DNA from: Yuukianura sp. NJ FZ-2021
Taxonomy: Eukaryota
Assembly: GCA_046563655.1 (NCBI GenBank)
Contig: CM102289.1
Coordinates: 434,001 to 498,000, forward strand
Direction: 5' to 3'
Length of the DNA: 64,000 bases
Each line of letters begins with the position of its first letter. Position 1 is the first letter of the stretch. Shown here piece by piece: positions 11,224 through 23,824 of the stretch. Made by a program: the position numbers and the translations under genes. A model generated the notes under the pieces. It was not told the origin of the DNA. It ran no database searches and saw nothing but the letters and a program-made list of their open reading frames with translations.

Positions 11224-13880
11224 ATGTACTACTCTTTTTGGTTAGCACTCTTTTTGAATGTAATTCCCATTTTACAAGTGTCAGGAATTTCAACAAATTT
11301 GAGCAATACGTACGACATTGTGAATCTGCATCAACTGGTAGATCAGTTTTCACACAGTGACAATTTGATAATTGCTGAAAATGAACAGTACCAAATTACT
11401 TCCGGTTTTGCCGCACCCATAAAATTGTACTACATGTGCAACAAAAATGGAACTTATGAACCTCCTTTTGAGGAGTTCCATGTTATAACACGCATGCACA
11501 TTTCTGCTAACAAACTCAACTACTTTCAAATTTTCCTCGTGTTTCCAAAGAGCATTTATCCTCGGAAGTACGCGACGCAAATGGGGTCTACTTATTATGT
11601 ACCTAACTCGAAACCCGATTTCATGAGGACCATTGATATTTCAATTCATTTTGTAGGGCCGATCGCTTCTTACAGTGTTGTAGGCCTACTGCTAGAACAA
11701 CTCCCGTATGCTTCCATATATCGCCATCATCTATCACCATATTCTCAATTTGCACGAAATGGTGACGAATACTTGATTTCACAAATATCCTTGCACTACT
11801 ACAAAATAACAAGAAGGTATAAAAATATTAGACAAGGGCAACATTCCCTTGTGTTCTTCGGTAAGTGGTATGAGATGAACAGAGCACAAGCGTTTACTTT
11901 CAACCGCTTTCGAGAAGTGGCCGCAGCAGTGGAAGCAGAAGCAAGAAATAACATTTTCTTTCAAGAACGAAATGTAACCGGAGGGAAAATTCCGGTGGCT
12001 AAATTTTTAAACCCATTCAAGGCCCATGAATTTGGTCCAACCAAATATGATTTTCATGCCCACATTGACCTAATTTTACAATTTAAGCGGAGACGGAGGG
12101 TTGTGTTGGGGACGAATCCGTTTTATTTTGACCTATTTTGGCGCAAAAGAGGTTATCCGCTGTCTCTAGTCGCCCCGAATTCGAGCAGATATATTTTACA
12201 TTTTTTCCCAACTAAAGGGGAACAAACAACTTTCTTAACTTGTGATGGAACAGCGGAAATAATCAGTTTTAAGATTTATACAAGACCTTATGATGTATTC
12301 TGTTGGTGTGGAGTATTAGCAACCGGAGTTTTGTTCATATGGTTTGCTACTTTGGTAATTCAGGTCCAATCGCCTGCAACTTTTCATCTACAGAGTTTAG
12401 TTTGTTTAGACGTTTTATTTGTGTTTTATGGAAGTATGCTGGAAATTTTTTCCAAAGCGCAACAAAATATTGTGCAAAATCGCATACACCCTGTAATTAG
12501 TTTGTGGATGTTGTTAACTGTAGTCCTTACTAATGGTTACAAGGGAGTAGTTGTGTCGTATTTAACTACGCCAAAACCCATTACACAAACATACCACAAG
12601 TTCAATCAGTTGGAAGACTTTGTGGTGCTAAAAGATGGAGAGAATGCTCTCACACACAACTACGACGTATTGAAATTTCCCAAGCTGTACAGTGTTCGCA
12701 TACGCGAACTAAAGTCCCTATTTTACTGTCAGTGTGAATGTGAACGTTTTGGCGTGGATGAGGCGATCTACCTTAACTCATGCCCAGTTGGGATTTCTAA
12801 AAATGCTGCCCTCAAACGAATAGTGAGTTTCACCAAATCAAGCAACATCCAATGTCTGGAGCCACCAGAAATTTTCATAAGATACCAAGGTAAGTATGTA
12901 GATTGCTCGGATGAGTATACGTTTGTGAAAATGATTGAAAAAGTTCACACCACAGTCATTTAGCAGACTTCAAACTAAGAGGAATATTCCCGTCGGCATT
13001 TATACTTGCAAAAATTAAAATATTATCCACCTTTAAATATTTTCAATACCCAAACACTACACTTTTACGACTTTCGGAAATTCTGTCGCTATGTACCAAA
13101 ATAGCCCTGGTGGGACCAGAGTCAGATTTGAATTTATTTTTAGCCTACTATCAAAATAGAGTACAACAACGCACAGGCTTAGACTCCACTGAGAACAGTG
13201 TAATACACTTCCGAAAAGGAACAGAGCCACTGGGTACATTTGTTCGCGGGTACGAAATAGTTGAGCAGCATCAATACAAAGGATTGCAACAACTCATGCA
13301 ATCTGGAATTTACGTTTTGTGGGAAAAATGGTTTCCCATCACAAGACCTAATACACTAGACAAAATTATGAATCAACACGAAAAAACAAAAACATTCCAA
13401 AGAAAGCCCACAAAATTAAACCTGACGGGAAATATTATCACAAGTTTTTATTTGATTCTGTACTGCTTGGGGCTTTGTATTTTAGTATTCATGTACGAAA
13501 TGCGAACAATAATTTACTTTTCTATGATTCCTGCCGAGAGTGTATACCTACGGTTGCGCCTTACAAGTTCATTAAATAAAATACTTGCAAAAAGAAGTAC
13601 GTTTTCTTCGTCGCCAAAGGAATTAGAATCCGAAGGTTTATCACGAAACGAGCCAACCTCCACGGTGAATGGAGCGCACGACAACCTCAGCTCTTCCAAC
13701 ACCGAAGGAGCTTCTTTTTCAAGTCGTGTTTTCACTTGTTCAATTTGTGGTGTCACTTGTTCATGCCATGTTTTCTTTTTTCAATTTGTATTCTTGCTTT
13801 TACAATCTATAGTATTAGTTTTTAAATTTATGTTCAGTAGTTTGACTAAGTTTGTTACAAATTCTTCCGAAATGGTTTAA
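11224..13880 (+). CDS. Divergent ionotropic-receptor-like membrane protein, copy 1 (intronless; one apparent frameshift at the A5 run 12938-12942)
   Basis: Signal peptide MYYSFWLALFLNV; RPYDVFCW before TM1; WMLLTVVLTNGYKGVVVSYLTTP (IR-type pore-lining helix); SGIYVLW and final TM FYLILYCLGLCILVFMYE; adding one A joins ORFs 11164-12963 and 13110-13880 in frame. Confidence 0.65.
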
Positions 13881-14299
13881 CCAACAGAAAACAAGAAAAG
13901 CGTCTAGGTGAAGGGCAATTGGATCCTGACTGGCATCCATGACACGTTGAATCAATTCTTGTCCACCAAACAAAATTGTTAATACAAGTAATCGTAATTG
14001 AAAAAGTTGTAAAAAAAATGCAGACATAATTTTTTTGTCAACACTTTAGTTTTAACTATCGCCAATTTCAATATTATATTGCTCATCCCTAGATCACTTA
14101 CTGTGTCACAAAAAAACATTAAAAACAATTTTTAATAATTTGCTTAATAGTAGACGTTTTGCCAGACGTGCTGAAGGATGTTAATTTTCGAAGTAAATTT
14201 AAGTAATGTATTAACAATGTTGGCTTATTAATACTTTTGATTTAAACTTGCAGAAATTGACTTATAGTCCATGTTTAAATTTTTTCTGCACCCCAATAA

Positions 14300-14545
14300 C
14301 GGTACACTTTTAAGGCTTTCAGAAATTCTCTCCTTATGTTACAAAGTAGCCCTAGTGGGCCCAGAGTCTGATTTAAATTTTTTGTAAGCCTATTATGAAA
14401 ATAGAGTACAACAACGCACAGGCAAAGACTCTACAGAAGGTAATGCAATACACCTCCGTAAAGGAACGGAACCACTTCGTACATTTGTTCGTGGGTACGA
14501 AATAGTTGAGCAGCATCAATACAAAGGATTACAACAACTCCTTGG
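14300..14545 (+). pseudogene. Fragment of the IR-like gene (duplicate of ~13060-13295)
   Basis: GCCCTAGTGGGCCCAGAGTCTGATTT...GTACGAAATAGTTGAGCAGCATCAATACAAAGGATT matches copy 1; contains an in-frame stop. Confidence 0.75.
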
Positions 14546-15034
14546 CCAAGCACCCAGAAAGTGTTCTCTGTTCTTAATTTCTTCTTTGTACTGCCTTTCT
14601 TTGTTTTTTTAGCCATGTGAACCCTGAATATCCTTCGAGACCAAAAATTTGTAAATTGTAACAAAAATTTGAAAAGGCGGGTAATTTCAGTGTGAAATAA
14701 AAACTAAAACATACATTTTTGAACTGTTTCTACTAGAATCCAAGTGTCATAGATTTACAACTTGAAAGTCGTTGGAAATTGGACCTTTACAAAACAGGGT
14801 TGCAATAGCGGCATCCGGAGTGTCTTCGTTCGGTCAAGGTCAGTTTATTTTTACTAACTAAAACTGAATTAATAATGTTGACATTTCGTGCAGGACAAAC
14901 TTTTGGAAATATTGTTTATGAAGGAGTGAAGAGGGATGAGTGTTCAAAGAATTGTTTTCACCTCACCCAACACGAATGCATTAAACAAATTAGTAATTTT
15001 TAGTAAAAGTTTCGGACTTTTCCCTTGACGCCGC

Positions 15035-15299
15035 CGTAGCATGTCATTAGCGCGAAAACGAAAGGCGCGAATTCACTAGGCGCGAATGCATTAAGCTCGA
15101 ATACAATAAGGGCGTATGAACATAAGCGCGAAGGTAATTAAGCGCTAATGTAGGGGCGCGCCAATTTCATTCGCCCTTATTTACATTCGCGCTTAATTAC
15201 CTTCGCGCCTATTTACGTGCGCCCTTATTGTATTCTCGCTTAATGCATTCGCGCCTAGTGAATTCGCGAATATTGTTTTCGCGCTAATGACCTGGAACC
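15035..15299. mobile_element. 265-bp palindromic MITE with ~15-bp internal repeats and an 8-bp TSD (Mutator- or hAT-type)
   Basis: GTCATTAGCGCGAAAAC ... GTTTTCGCGCTAATGAC; TSD GACGCCGC at 15027-15034 and 15300-15307; the paralogous empty site TTGAAGCCGCACTT is at ~19361. Confidence 0.85.
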
Positions 15300-15970
15300 G
15301 ACGCCGCACTTTATTGTGTGTAAACTGGATCTCCTTGTTACTTTTACTTGCCAATTTTCTTCGCAAAATACACAGAAGCTAAGCTAAACCTTGACTTAAA
15401 ACGAAGTTTTCTTGTTTCGGTTCAGCAGTTCAAGCAACCGTAGCCAGAACCATGTACTCCTTGTGGTTATCACTCTTTTTAAATGTAATTTGCATTTTAC
15501 GAGCGTCAGCATCTTCAGATACATTGAGCAATACGTACAACATTGTGAATTTGCATCAACTGGTAGATCAGTTTCCACATAGTGACAATTTGATAATTGC
15601 TGAAAGCCAACAGTACCGAATTACTTCAAGTTTTGCCGTTCCCATAAAATTGTACTACATGTGCAACAAAAATGGAACGTGTGAACCTCCTTTTGAGGAG
15701 TTCCATTTTATTAAACGCATGCCCATTTCAGGTAACAAACTCAACTACTTTCAAATTTTCCTCCTATTTCCAAGGAGCATTTACCCACGGATGTATGCCA
15801 GCGAAGATCGGTCTACTTTTACAGTACTTTACACCAAACGCGATTTCACGAGAACCCTGGGTGTTTCAATTCATCTTGTAGAGCCGAGTAGCGCTTATAG
15901 CTCTGGTGCTACAGGCCTACTACTAGAACAACTCCCTTATGCATCCATATTTTACCATGGTCTATCATCA

Positions 15971-16240
15971 AGGTTTGTAAATTTATTTTGCCTTATAAGG
16001 TTGCGTACTACCTCATGTATTTCTAAATTTTACGAAAAAGTTCAGTTGCATTTCTGGGTATCGTAACCATGACATTATAAATAATTTTGCACATTAAACC
16101 TGGGAAATTGGTACCAAAAATTTTTATTTTTTCAAATTGTTAACAATGGTACTCAGTTTTTTGTTATTTTCATTTTTTTGATAAACAACGGAAGTAGTAC
16201 GCAACCCCTTAGAGAAGGCTAAATGGTTGTCAAGGAAGCT
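15971..16240. mobile_element. 270-bp insertion flanked by a 13-bp direct repeat, with an internal 13-bp inverted repeat
   Basis: TGGTCTATCATCA at 15958-15970 and 16241-16253; GGTTGCGTACTAC (15999-16011) / GTAGTACGCAACC (16194-16206); absent from copies 1 and 3. Confidence 0.65.
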
Positions 16241-16975
16241 TGGTCTATCATCACATTCTCAATTTGTACGCAGTGTTGACGAATACATGATTTCAAGAAT
16301 ATGGTTACACTACACCAAAAGAGAACTGTACCCTGGTGACGATGATGAAATATATGAAGATCGTCAATTCGCATTGAAGTGGTATGAGATGAACACAACA
16401 CAAGCGCTGTCTTTCAACCGATTTCGAGAAGTGTCCGTAACAGTTGAAGCACACGCAAGGAAGGACATTTTTTCAGAAGAAAATGCAGTTGTGGGAACAC
16501 TTATTCCTGTGGCTCAACTTTTGAACCCGTTCAAGGCACATGAACTTGCACCTCCGGGCTTTGATTTTCACGATCACATTGAGTTCGTGATACATTTTGA
16601 TTGGGGAATTGCTCTGCCGGTGACAGGGCTAAAATTCATCTTAACTTGGAGGAGGCTGTGTTATTAGTCGCCCCAAATTATTAGTCGCCCTGTTATTAGT
16701 CGCCCCAAATCCAAACAGATCTAGTTTACACTTTTTTCCAACTGAAGAGCAGAAAATAACTTTCTTAACTTGTGATGGAACAGCTGAGATGCTCAGTTTT
16801 GAAATTTATACTAGACCTTATGATACTTACTCTTGGGGTACTGTATTAGCAACGGGACTTTTGTTAATATGTTTTGTTACTTTGGTAATTTGGGTTCAAT
16901 CGCCTACTACTTTTGAGTTACAAACTTTAGTTTGCTTAGACGTTATATTTATGTTTTTTGGAAGTGTATTGGAAA

Positions 16976-18523
16976 GGCTACCGTAGTTCGCTTATGGGAC
17001 AGAGGAGATCCGTACGAATTGGCTGAAAATTTAACCACGTGTTCCCGACACCTATAGGAACAACTTTTGTACAGGGTCCAGATGGGGCGTCAAACGGTTT
17101 GACCTCCAGGGGTCACCAAAGGTCAAGGGGTCGTCCTATGACAACCCATGGCGAGTGACATGTCGTTGGAGAGGTATTCACGCCCCGGTTCAGAAAATAT
17201 ATAGGTATCAAAACTTTGGTTCAGCGGTTCAGCAGCTACAGGTCACGAAAAGTCAGCTATGAAAAAAAGTTGCAAAGTACCAAATCTATAATGATTCTAT
17301 GACAACCGGCAAAATGGCCTATACAAAAGTTGTTCCACTCGAAAAGATAAGCAACTTTTCCCTTTACCATTTTTCTCTGCGGTCAACAGCTGTTGAGATA
17401 TGGACTCAAGCTAAAAATAATTTCTTTTTCTCAAAAAGTTGCAAAGTACCAAATCTAAAATAATTCCATGATAAGCGGCAAAATGACCTATACAAAAGTT
17501 GTTCCACTCGAAAAGATAAGCAACTTTTTCCTTTACCATTTTTCTCTGCGGTCAACAGCTGTTGAGATATGAACCCATGCTAAAAATAGATTTCTGTTAT
17601 GAAAAAGTTGCAAAGTACCAAATACAAAATGATTTCTTATGACCGGCACAATGACCTGTACCAAGCTTGTTCCAGACTTCAAAATGAACCCCTCTGGCAG
17701 TTTTGTCCACGTGTAGTGATTCTGGTAGTATAGATATACAAATATTTAAAGAGGAATCTGCACTCAGTATAAGTTATTTTAATTAACGTTATATTGTTGC
17801 CATCTCTGACGCAGACGGCTTTCGCCTCACGGGGGTGGACCCCTTCCCCTACCCTTACCTCATCATCGGGGAGACACTCCCGGAATATTTTCACCAGACT
17901 TGTGTGATTTCGTGTATTTTATATCTGTGTAAGATACTGCTAGAATCACTGAACGTAGACAAAAGTGCCAAAGGAAAAAGTTGTTTATTTTGAAGTGTGT
18001 AACAAGTTTTGTATAAGTCATTTTTTCGCCAAAGAGGGAACCAAACTTGGTCTGTACTTTGAACTTTTTCAGAAAAATCTATTTTTAGCCTAAATCCATA
18101 TCTCAATAGTTGTTGACCGCAGAAAAAAATGGTAAAGGGAAAAGTTGCTTATCTTTTCGAGTGGAACAACTTTTGTATAGGTCATTTTGCCGGTTGTCAT
18201 AGAATCATTATAGATTTGGTACTTTGCAACATTTTTTCATACCTGACCTTTCGTGACCTGTAGCTGCTGAACCGCTCAACCAAAGTTTTGATACCTATAT
18301 ATTTTCTGAACCGGGGCGTAAATACCTTTCCAACGCCATGTCACTCGCCATGGGTTGTCATAGGACGACCCCTTGACCTTTGGTGACCCCTGGAGGTCAA
18401 ACCGTTTGACGCCCCATCTGGACCCTGTACAAAAGTTGTTCCTATAGGTGTCGGGAACACGTGGTTAAATTTTCAGCCAATTCGTACGGATCTCCTCTGT
18501 CCCATAAGCGAACTACGGTAGCC
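16976..18523. mobile_element. Non-autonomous Spy-type DNA transposon, 1548 bp, ~450-bp TIRs, inserted at AAA|TTT with no TSD
   Basis: Ends GGCTACCGTAGTTCGC ... GCGAACTACGGTAGCC; flanks GGAAA and TTTTC rejoin as in copy 1 (GGAAATTTTT at ~12441); ~170-bp tandem subrepeats inside the left arm; no transposase ORF. Confidence 0.85.
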
Positions 18524-19448
18524 TTTTCTGTAAAACACGACAAAATATTGCCCGAAGTCGCATACTGCCTGTAATTAGTTTGTGGATGTTGCTAACTGTA
18601 GTCCTTACTAATGGTTACAAGGGAGTAGTTGTATCATATTTAACTGCGCCAAAACCCATTACACAAACATACCACAAGTTCAGTGAGCTGGAGGACTTTG
18701 TCGTACTAACAGATGGAAAGAGTTTGTTCACATCACATTGTTCACAAAACCGACATTTCGTGTAGAATTGACTTTTATAAGTAAAATTGAAACCTATGGA
18801 ACGCATAGTAAACTCAATTTTGAATTATATATTACCTTTGACATTCATGTTGAATAAAATTTAGAAATAAACTTTCCGCCCCGAAAGCATAGCAAACTCA
18901 ATTTTAAATTATATATTTATAAAGTCGACATTTCGTGTAGAGTTGACTTTCATAAGTAAAAGTTAAGACTTTTGAACATAGATTCTCTAGCACTAGCAAC
19001 AAATAATTTGTAATTTGTAAGAAGAATATGTAAACGCGGGTAATTTCAGTGTGAAATAAACGCAAAAACATACTTCTGTGAACTGGTTCTGTTAGTAAAA
19101 GTCAAATGTCATGGATTTAAAACTTAAAATTAAGTTGCAAATTGAAACTTTAGGGAAGAAGGTAGCCTTAGCGGTACTTGTGAATTAATTGTGAATTAAT
19201 AAGGTTGACGTTTCGTGTAGAACAGACTTTTAGAATTTTTTTTTTATGAGGAGTGAAGTGAAGAAGGACTGTTTAAATTTTTTAAATTGTTTTCATCTCA
19301 TCCAACACGAATGCATTAAACAAATTAGTAATTTTTAGTAAAAGTTCGTCGACTTTTCTTTTGAAGCCGCACTTTTTGTGCGGAAGCTTTACCGCGTGGC
19401 AATCTTACTTGTTTCTTTGAATTAACAGAGGAGTTAAGCTAAACCAAG

Positions 19449-20779
19449 ATTCCTTGACAACGAAAAATGAATTTTCTTTAGCAGGTTGAGTATTACCTCA
19501 CTTGTTGACAACAAAAATGAAGAAAAAAAACAAACAAAACTTGGGACCTACTTTTTTGAACTGTTTCTAAAATTAGTACCAATTTTGGCACCAATCCAAA
19601 AAATTGGTACCAATATTCGTACGTAAAATTTAAATGATTCGGCTGTATTGTTAGGGCTGTCTAACAAGACAATTTTATTTTAAACAAGGTAGGGCAATGC
19701 TCAAGGGTTGAGCATAGGTCTTCTGGAGGGAGTTGACAATTGATACGACATTGAGACCGGCCTGCCGCAAAAATGTGGCCGAACTGAGAAACCGTTTTCA
19801 TGTAGCTGATGCACCAAAACGTCGCTCAAAATTTTCAGTGCAGATGTGGGGCCTTTTTGTGCACAATTGCACCAAAATGTGAAAAAACCGTCTGCATAAG
19901 AATGTAGTTCAGCTTTAGTCCTGAACAGTTTTCACTCTCCTGAAAATTATTTTGATTCACAACATTTTTGCATCAAGTTGTTCTCAAGTATGAACACAGA
20001 ATTCCATTAAATCTGTTCATATAAATGCACAATTATTCTGATGTAATCACCATTCTAAAAGATGTATGTGCAGTTATTCTCCAGAATGGACAAATGTTGA
20101 AATAACAAGGTTCATTACCCAGCGTCAAAATATCTGCGCAATTTGACACTTATGTGCATCTACTTATAAGTGTGCACGAAATTAAACGTTGAGAGGAAGG
20201 TGTCAATTGTAGCTTCTTAAAAATCAAAATACATGCACCATGTGTTAAGTCATGTTCATGAATAACAGAGTCGAATATCATTTGTTTAAGATCAAAATTA
20301 TAAAAATTTCTAGTAAATGCAAATTTGACCCCTGTTATGCACTATTCACATATGACACATTTAAGCCGGATTTTCTACCCTCTAATCAGTCTTAAGTTAA
20401 GAACGTAATTAAACATACTGCCAGAAAATGACCAGATCAAAACTTCGTTGTTTATAAATATTTTGAGTGCAATCGAAACCAAAACAGTTTTGCGGAGCCA
20501 CGATACTGCGGGTACGTAAAGTAGCCGCCAACTTTTACGTTGTTAATTTAACACTTTGAGTGCAATGTAGACCTACTGAAAACTCTTGAGCCATACATAA
20601 CCCCCCGACTGCGATGGGGTAATGTTTCAGTACAATGAGTCCTAAAAAACGTGACAGACAGACGGACGGACAGACGGACAAAGTCGTATCAATAGTCTTC
20701 TTCAGCACGTCGTAGACGTGCGTCTCCAGAAGACTAAAATCAAAAAAAAAACATGAGGTATTAATCAACCTGTTAAAGG
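19449..20779. mobile_element. Non-coding ~1.3-kb insertion upstream of IR-like copy 3 with imperfect terminal inverted repeats
   Basis: AAACCAAG direct repeat at 19441-19448 and 20780-20787; CTTTAGCAGGTTGAGTATTACCTCA (~19476) versus TGAGGTATTAATCAACCTGTTAAAG (~20754); GACA/GGAC microsatellite near the right end; absent from the other two units. Confidence 0.5.
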
Positions 20780-20883
20780 AAACCAAGTTCAACAAACCTT
20801 GTTTAGAGCTAACCATTTGTTGATTCGGTTAGACGTACGTTATTATTGTAGTACGTACAATTCAAATAGCGCTGGTCAGCGTC

Positions 20884-21513
20884 ATGTATTCCTTATTGTT
20901 ACCACTCGTTTTGAATGTAATTCCCGTTTTACGAGTGTCGGCAAATTCAGAAACACTTCGCAATACGTACAACATTGTGAATCTTCATCAACTGGTAGAT
21001 CAGTTTTCCCATAGTGACAATTTGATAATCGCTGAAGATCAGAAGTACCAAATTACTGCAAGTTTCGCCGTTCCGATAAAATTGTATTATATGTGCAACA
21101 AAAATGCAACTTTGGAACCTCCTTTTGAGAAGTTCCATGCTATTAAACGCATGCACATATCAGGTAACAAACTCAGCTACTTTCAAATTTTCCTTGTATT
21201 TCCAAAAAGCATTTATCCACGGAGTTACACGACCGAACGACGACCTTTTTATAGAGTACTTTACTGGAAACGTGATTTCATGCGAACCATAGGTGTTTCA
21301 ATTCATATTGTAGAGCCAGTCAGTGCCATTAGCTCTAGTGCTATAGGCTTAATACTAGAACAACTCCCGTATGCATCCATGTTTTACTATGATATATCAT
21401 CTTCAGCACATTCTCAATTCGCACGAAATGGCCACGAATACATGATTTCAGCAATGTGGTTGCACTTCATCCAAAGGGACGTGTACACTGTAGAATCAAA
21501 CATTGATGAAATA
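20884..21513 (+). pseudogene. IR-like gene copy 3, 5' part, truncated by the BEL/Pao insertion
   Basis: MYSLLLPLVLNV...NTYNIVNLHQLVDQFSHSDNLII is homologous to copies 1 and 2 up to GATGAAATA, then LTR sequence begins. Confidence 0.85.
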
Positions 21514-21840
21514 TGTAAGGATGTTCAACTGCTACCCGCTAGAATGACTGAATCCTTCGTTGTTCGTAGACTGTGTTTACTGAATGATCGATTTATTTAA
21601 CTGAATTGACCAATTAACTCTTTTTACACTTTCTTTTTTGTCCTGTCTCTTGAATATCTAAAATTCGACTCTCTTCTTTTTTTTCTTACTTTTTTCTAAC
21701 TAACAAAAACCTAAAAATAACACACAAAAAACGCTATTTTGAATTTCCCTCTCCCATTCCCTCAAAATCTCAAATTCTAAAAAATACCAAAAGTCAAAAC
21801 CTAAAATTTACAAAAAATAACCTAATTTCAGATCCCAACA
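21514..21840 (-). repeat. 3' LTR of the BEL/Pao element (327 bp, TG...CA)
   Basis: Minus strand TGTTGGGATC...CCTTACA, immediately preceded by the polypurine tract. Confidence 0.9.
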
Positions 21841-21856
21841 TTTTTTCCCACCTTTT
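21841..21856 (-). promoter_or_regulatory. Polypurine tract of the BEL/Pao element
   Basis: AAAAGGTGGGAAAAAA directly 5' of the LTR TG on the minus strand. Confidence 0.8.
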
Positions 21857-21922
21857 AAAAGTGAAACTTTTAAAACTAAATCGTACACTAAAATTTATAC
21901 TCCATGAACTTAACCTAATATC

Positions 21923-23548
21923 CTAATATGTCCATGATCCATATCCATACCGAGTTGGCTTCTTGACCTTACGTCCTGACCTCGTTTCTTTGTAGTCATC
22001 GTCAGGCTCCTCTGATTGGTTCGACTCCGGCTCAACGACTTTAGTCGACCGCTTTTTCAAACTCCGAACTTTGTCTGTAGTGATCTCCGCTGGTGGACTT
22101 GAAATTTCCAGTGGGTAGATCCGCTGGATTGGGCGAGTCAAGATGTGACATCCGAAATCCTTCTTCTCACTGGATGCGTTGGAGACTTTGACCTTGACCA
22201 CCCGAACTTTTCCATCCTTTCCAGGAATGAGTTCCATGATTTTTCCCAAGGGCCATTGGAAACGTTTCTTCCCATCAGCTCCGACGAGAACGACGTCACC
22301 CACCTTGAGAATGGTACTTCCTTCAGATGACTTCTGCACCAGCATAGCTAAGTACTCCTTCCGAAATCTTGCTTGTAGGGTCATTTTCATCGTCTGTAGT
22401 TTGGAGTACGCTTTTCTGTAATTGTCCGCTCCAATTTGCTCTCCTTCTGGGAAACACCCAAGTGGTAAGTCCCGCATGAACATCCTTGGTGTCAGCGGCG
22501 TCAGATCGTTGTAATCTTCTGTGAGAGTCGTCAATGGCCGATCGTTGATTGTTCCAGCGATTGAGTAGATGCAAGTAAGGGACTGCTCGTAGGTTAGCTT
22601 TGCATTACCCATCATTCTTCTGAGTAGTTCCTTGACGGATCTGACCATACGTTCCCAAAATCCTCCCCACCACGGTGCTGCTGGAGGATTGAACGTCCAG
22701 ATGATCTCCTTGACCTTGAATTTTTCTTCCAACGTCTTCCAGTCGAGGTCTTTCATCAGATTCTTAGCGCCAACAAAATTCGTCCCGTTGTCGCTGTAGA
22801 TCCGGTTTGGACGCCCAATGATACTGATGAATCGCTCAATGGATTCTAGAAATGCTTCAGTGGAGAGTGAGGTGACCAAGTCCAAATGTACTCCCCTATA
22901 CACTGCGCATGTGAACAGCACAATCCATGCCTTGGTCCCTCCTTTGAGTATAATCGGTCCCGCTAAGTCCACTCCTGTTGTTTGAAACGCGAATGACGTT
23001 GAGACTCGATCCTTTGGCAGTGGTGCTGATTCACAACTGATTTTCTTTGACGTATGACGGCGACAAATGACACACTGACGAATAACTTTTCCCACCGTCT
23101 TCCTTCCTTGCTGGATCCAGTATCTCTCCCGTAACTTTCCAAGTACGACTTGTGTCCCAGCATGCCCCATGGACCTATGGACATGGTAAATCAGCTGATT
23201 GACTATCGGTTCCCCTCGTGGCAACAAAACCGGTGTCCGGAAGTTCTCTGTGTCATCTTTGTAGAGGAGTCTTGAGGTCACCTTCCATAGTCCGTCGCTC
23301 CTCTTCACGTCCAGATTTTTCCAATCAGCCGACTGCAACTTGTCACCAAATCTTTCTTTCTGAAGTTGACGAATCAAGTCTTCTTCTGCCTTTAACATCT
23401 CTTGTTTGCTAAAATAAGGTGACGTCACTCGATCTTCATTCTTGATCCGCAGATTCTGGGCGAATCTTCTCACGTAGGCAGCTACACGAACATTTTGCAA
23501 GTAAACTCCGAATCGTGGCTCCTTTACTTCTGATTCCTTGGCAGCTAC
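21923..23548 (-). CDS. BEL/Pao pol C-terminal part: integrase (HHCC, DDE) and C-terminal domain
   Basis: HRSMGHAG...CVIC, GVDLAGP, YSDNGTNF, GGFWERMVRSVK, VGDVVLV, WPLGKI. Confidence 0.95.
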   Translation of the reverse strand, partial: VAAKESEVKEPRFGVYLQNVRVAAYVRRFAQNLRIKNEDRVTSPYFSKQEMLKAEEDLIRQLQKERFGDKLQSADWKNLDVKRSDGLWKVTSRLLYKDDTENFRTPVLLPRGEPIVNQLIYHVHRSMGHAGTQVVLGKLRERYWIQQGRKTVGKVIRQCVICRRHTSKKISCESAPLPKDRVSTSFAFQTTGVDLAGPIILKGGTKAWIVLFTCAVYRGVHLDLVTSLSTEAFLESIERFISIIGRPNRIYSDNGTNFVGAKNLMKDLDWKTLEEKFKVKEIIWTFNPPAAPWWGGFWERMVRSVKELLRRMMGNAKLTYEQSLTCIYSIAGTINDRPLTTLTEDYNDLTPLTPRMFMRDLPLGCFPEGEQIGADNYRKAYSKLQTMKMTLQARFRKEYLAMLVQKSSEGSTILKVGDVVLVGADGKKRFQWPLGKIMELIPGKDGKVRVVKVKVSNASSEKKDFGCHILTRPIQRIYPLEISSPPAEITTDKVRSLKKRSTKVVEPESNQSEEPDDDYKETRSGRKVKKPTRYGYGSWTY

Positions 23549-23664
23549 AGTAGGGAGATAGGACGGACATTCGACTCAAAATGACCTTTGGACCCATAAG
23601 CTTTTTCACAGCATGAGTTCTAGCCCCAATCAGCTGTTAATTAAAGCTAATTAAGACTTCCTGT
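23549..23664 (+). repeat. Left TIR of the Maverick
   Basis: Exact reverse complement of 36004-36119, with an imperfect extension to ~23698. Confidence 0.95.
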
Positions 23665-23824
23665 GACCGAGCTTAATTAGTACCTTTGTCCGTTAACACC
23701 TTGGACAAATAGGAATCCAAGGAGTTTTGGTTATCCAATGGGATTCCTGAATACCTCGACCAAGACGCTTAAAAGGAGATGATGAAGCCTAAATAGTCAG
23801 TTACTTTGTCAGCTTCACAGCGTC

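Larger units (their letters stand above)
15452..18740 (+). pseudogene. IR-like gene copy 2, disrupted by two insertions, a small duplication (~16661-16706) and 3' truncation
   Basis: ORF pieces 15452-16066, 16227-16667, 16789-16986 and 18580-18765 are colinear with copy 1. Confidence 0.85.

Noticed and set aside
12890..13110. Intron in IR-like copy 1 (GTAAGT at ~12890)
   Set aside because: A single added A at 12938-12942 gives a continuous open frame, so no intron is needed
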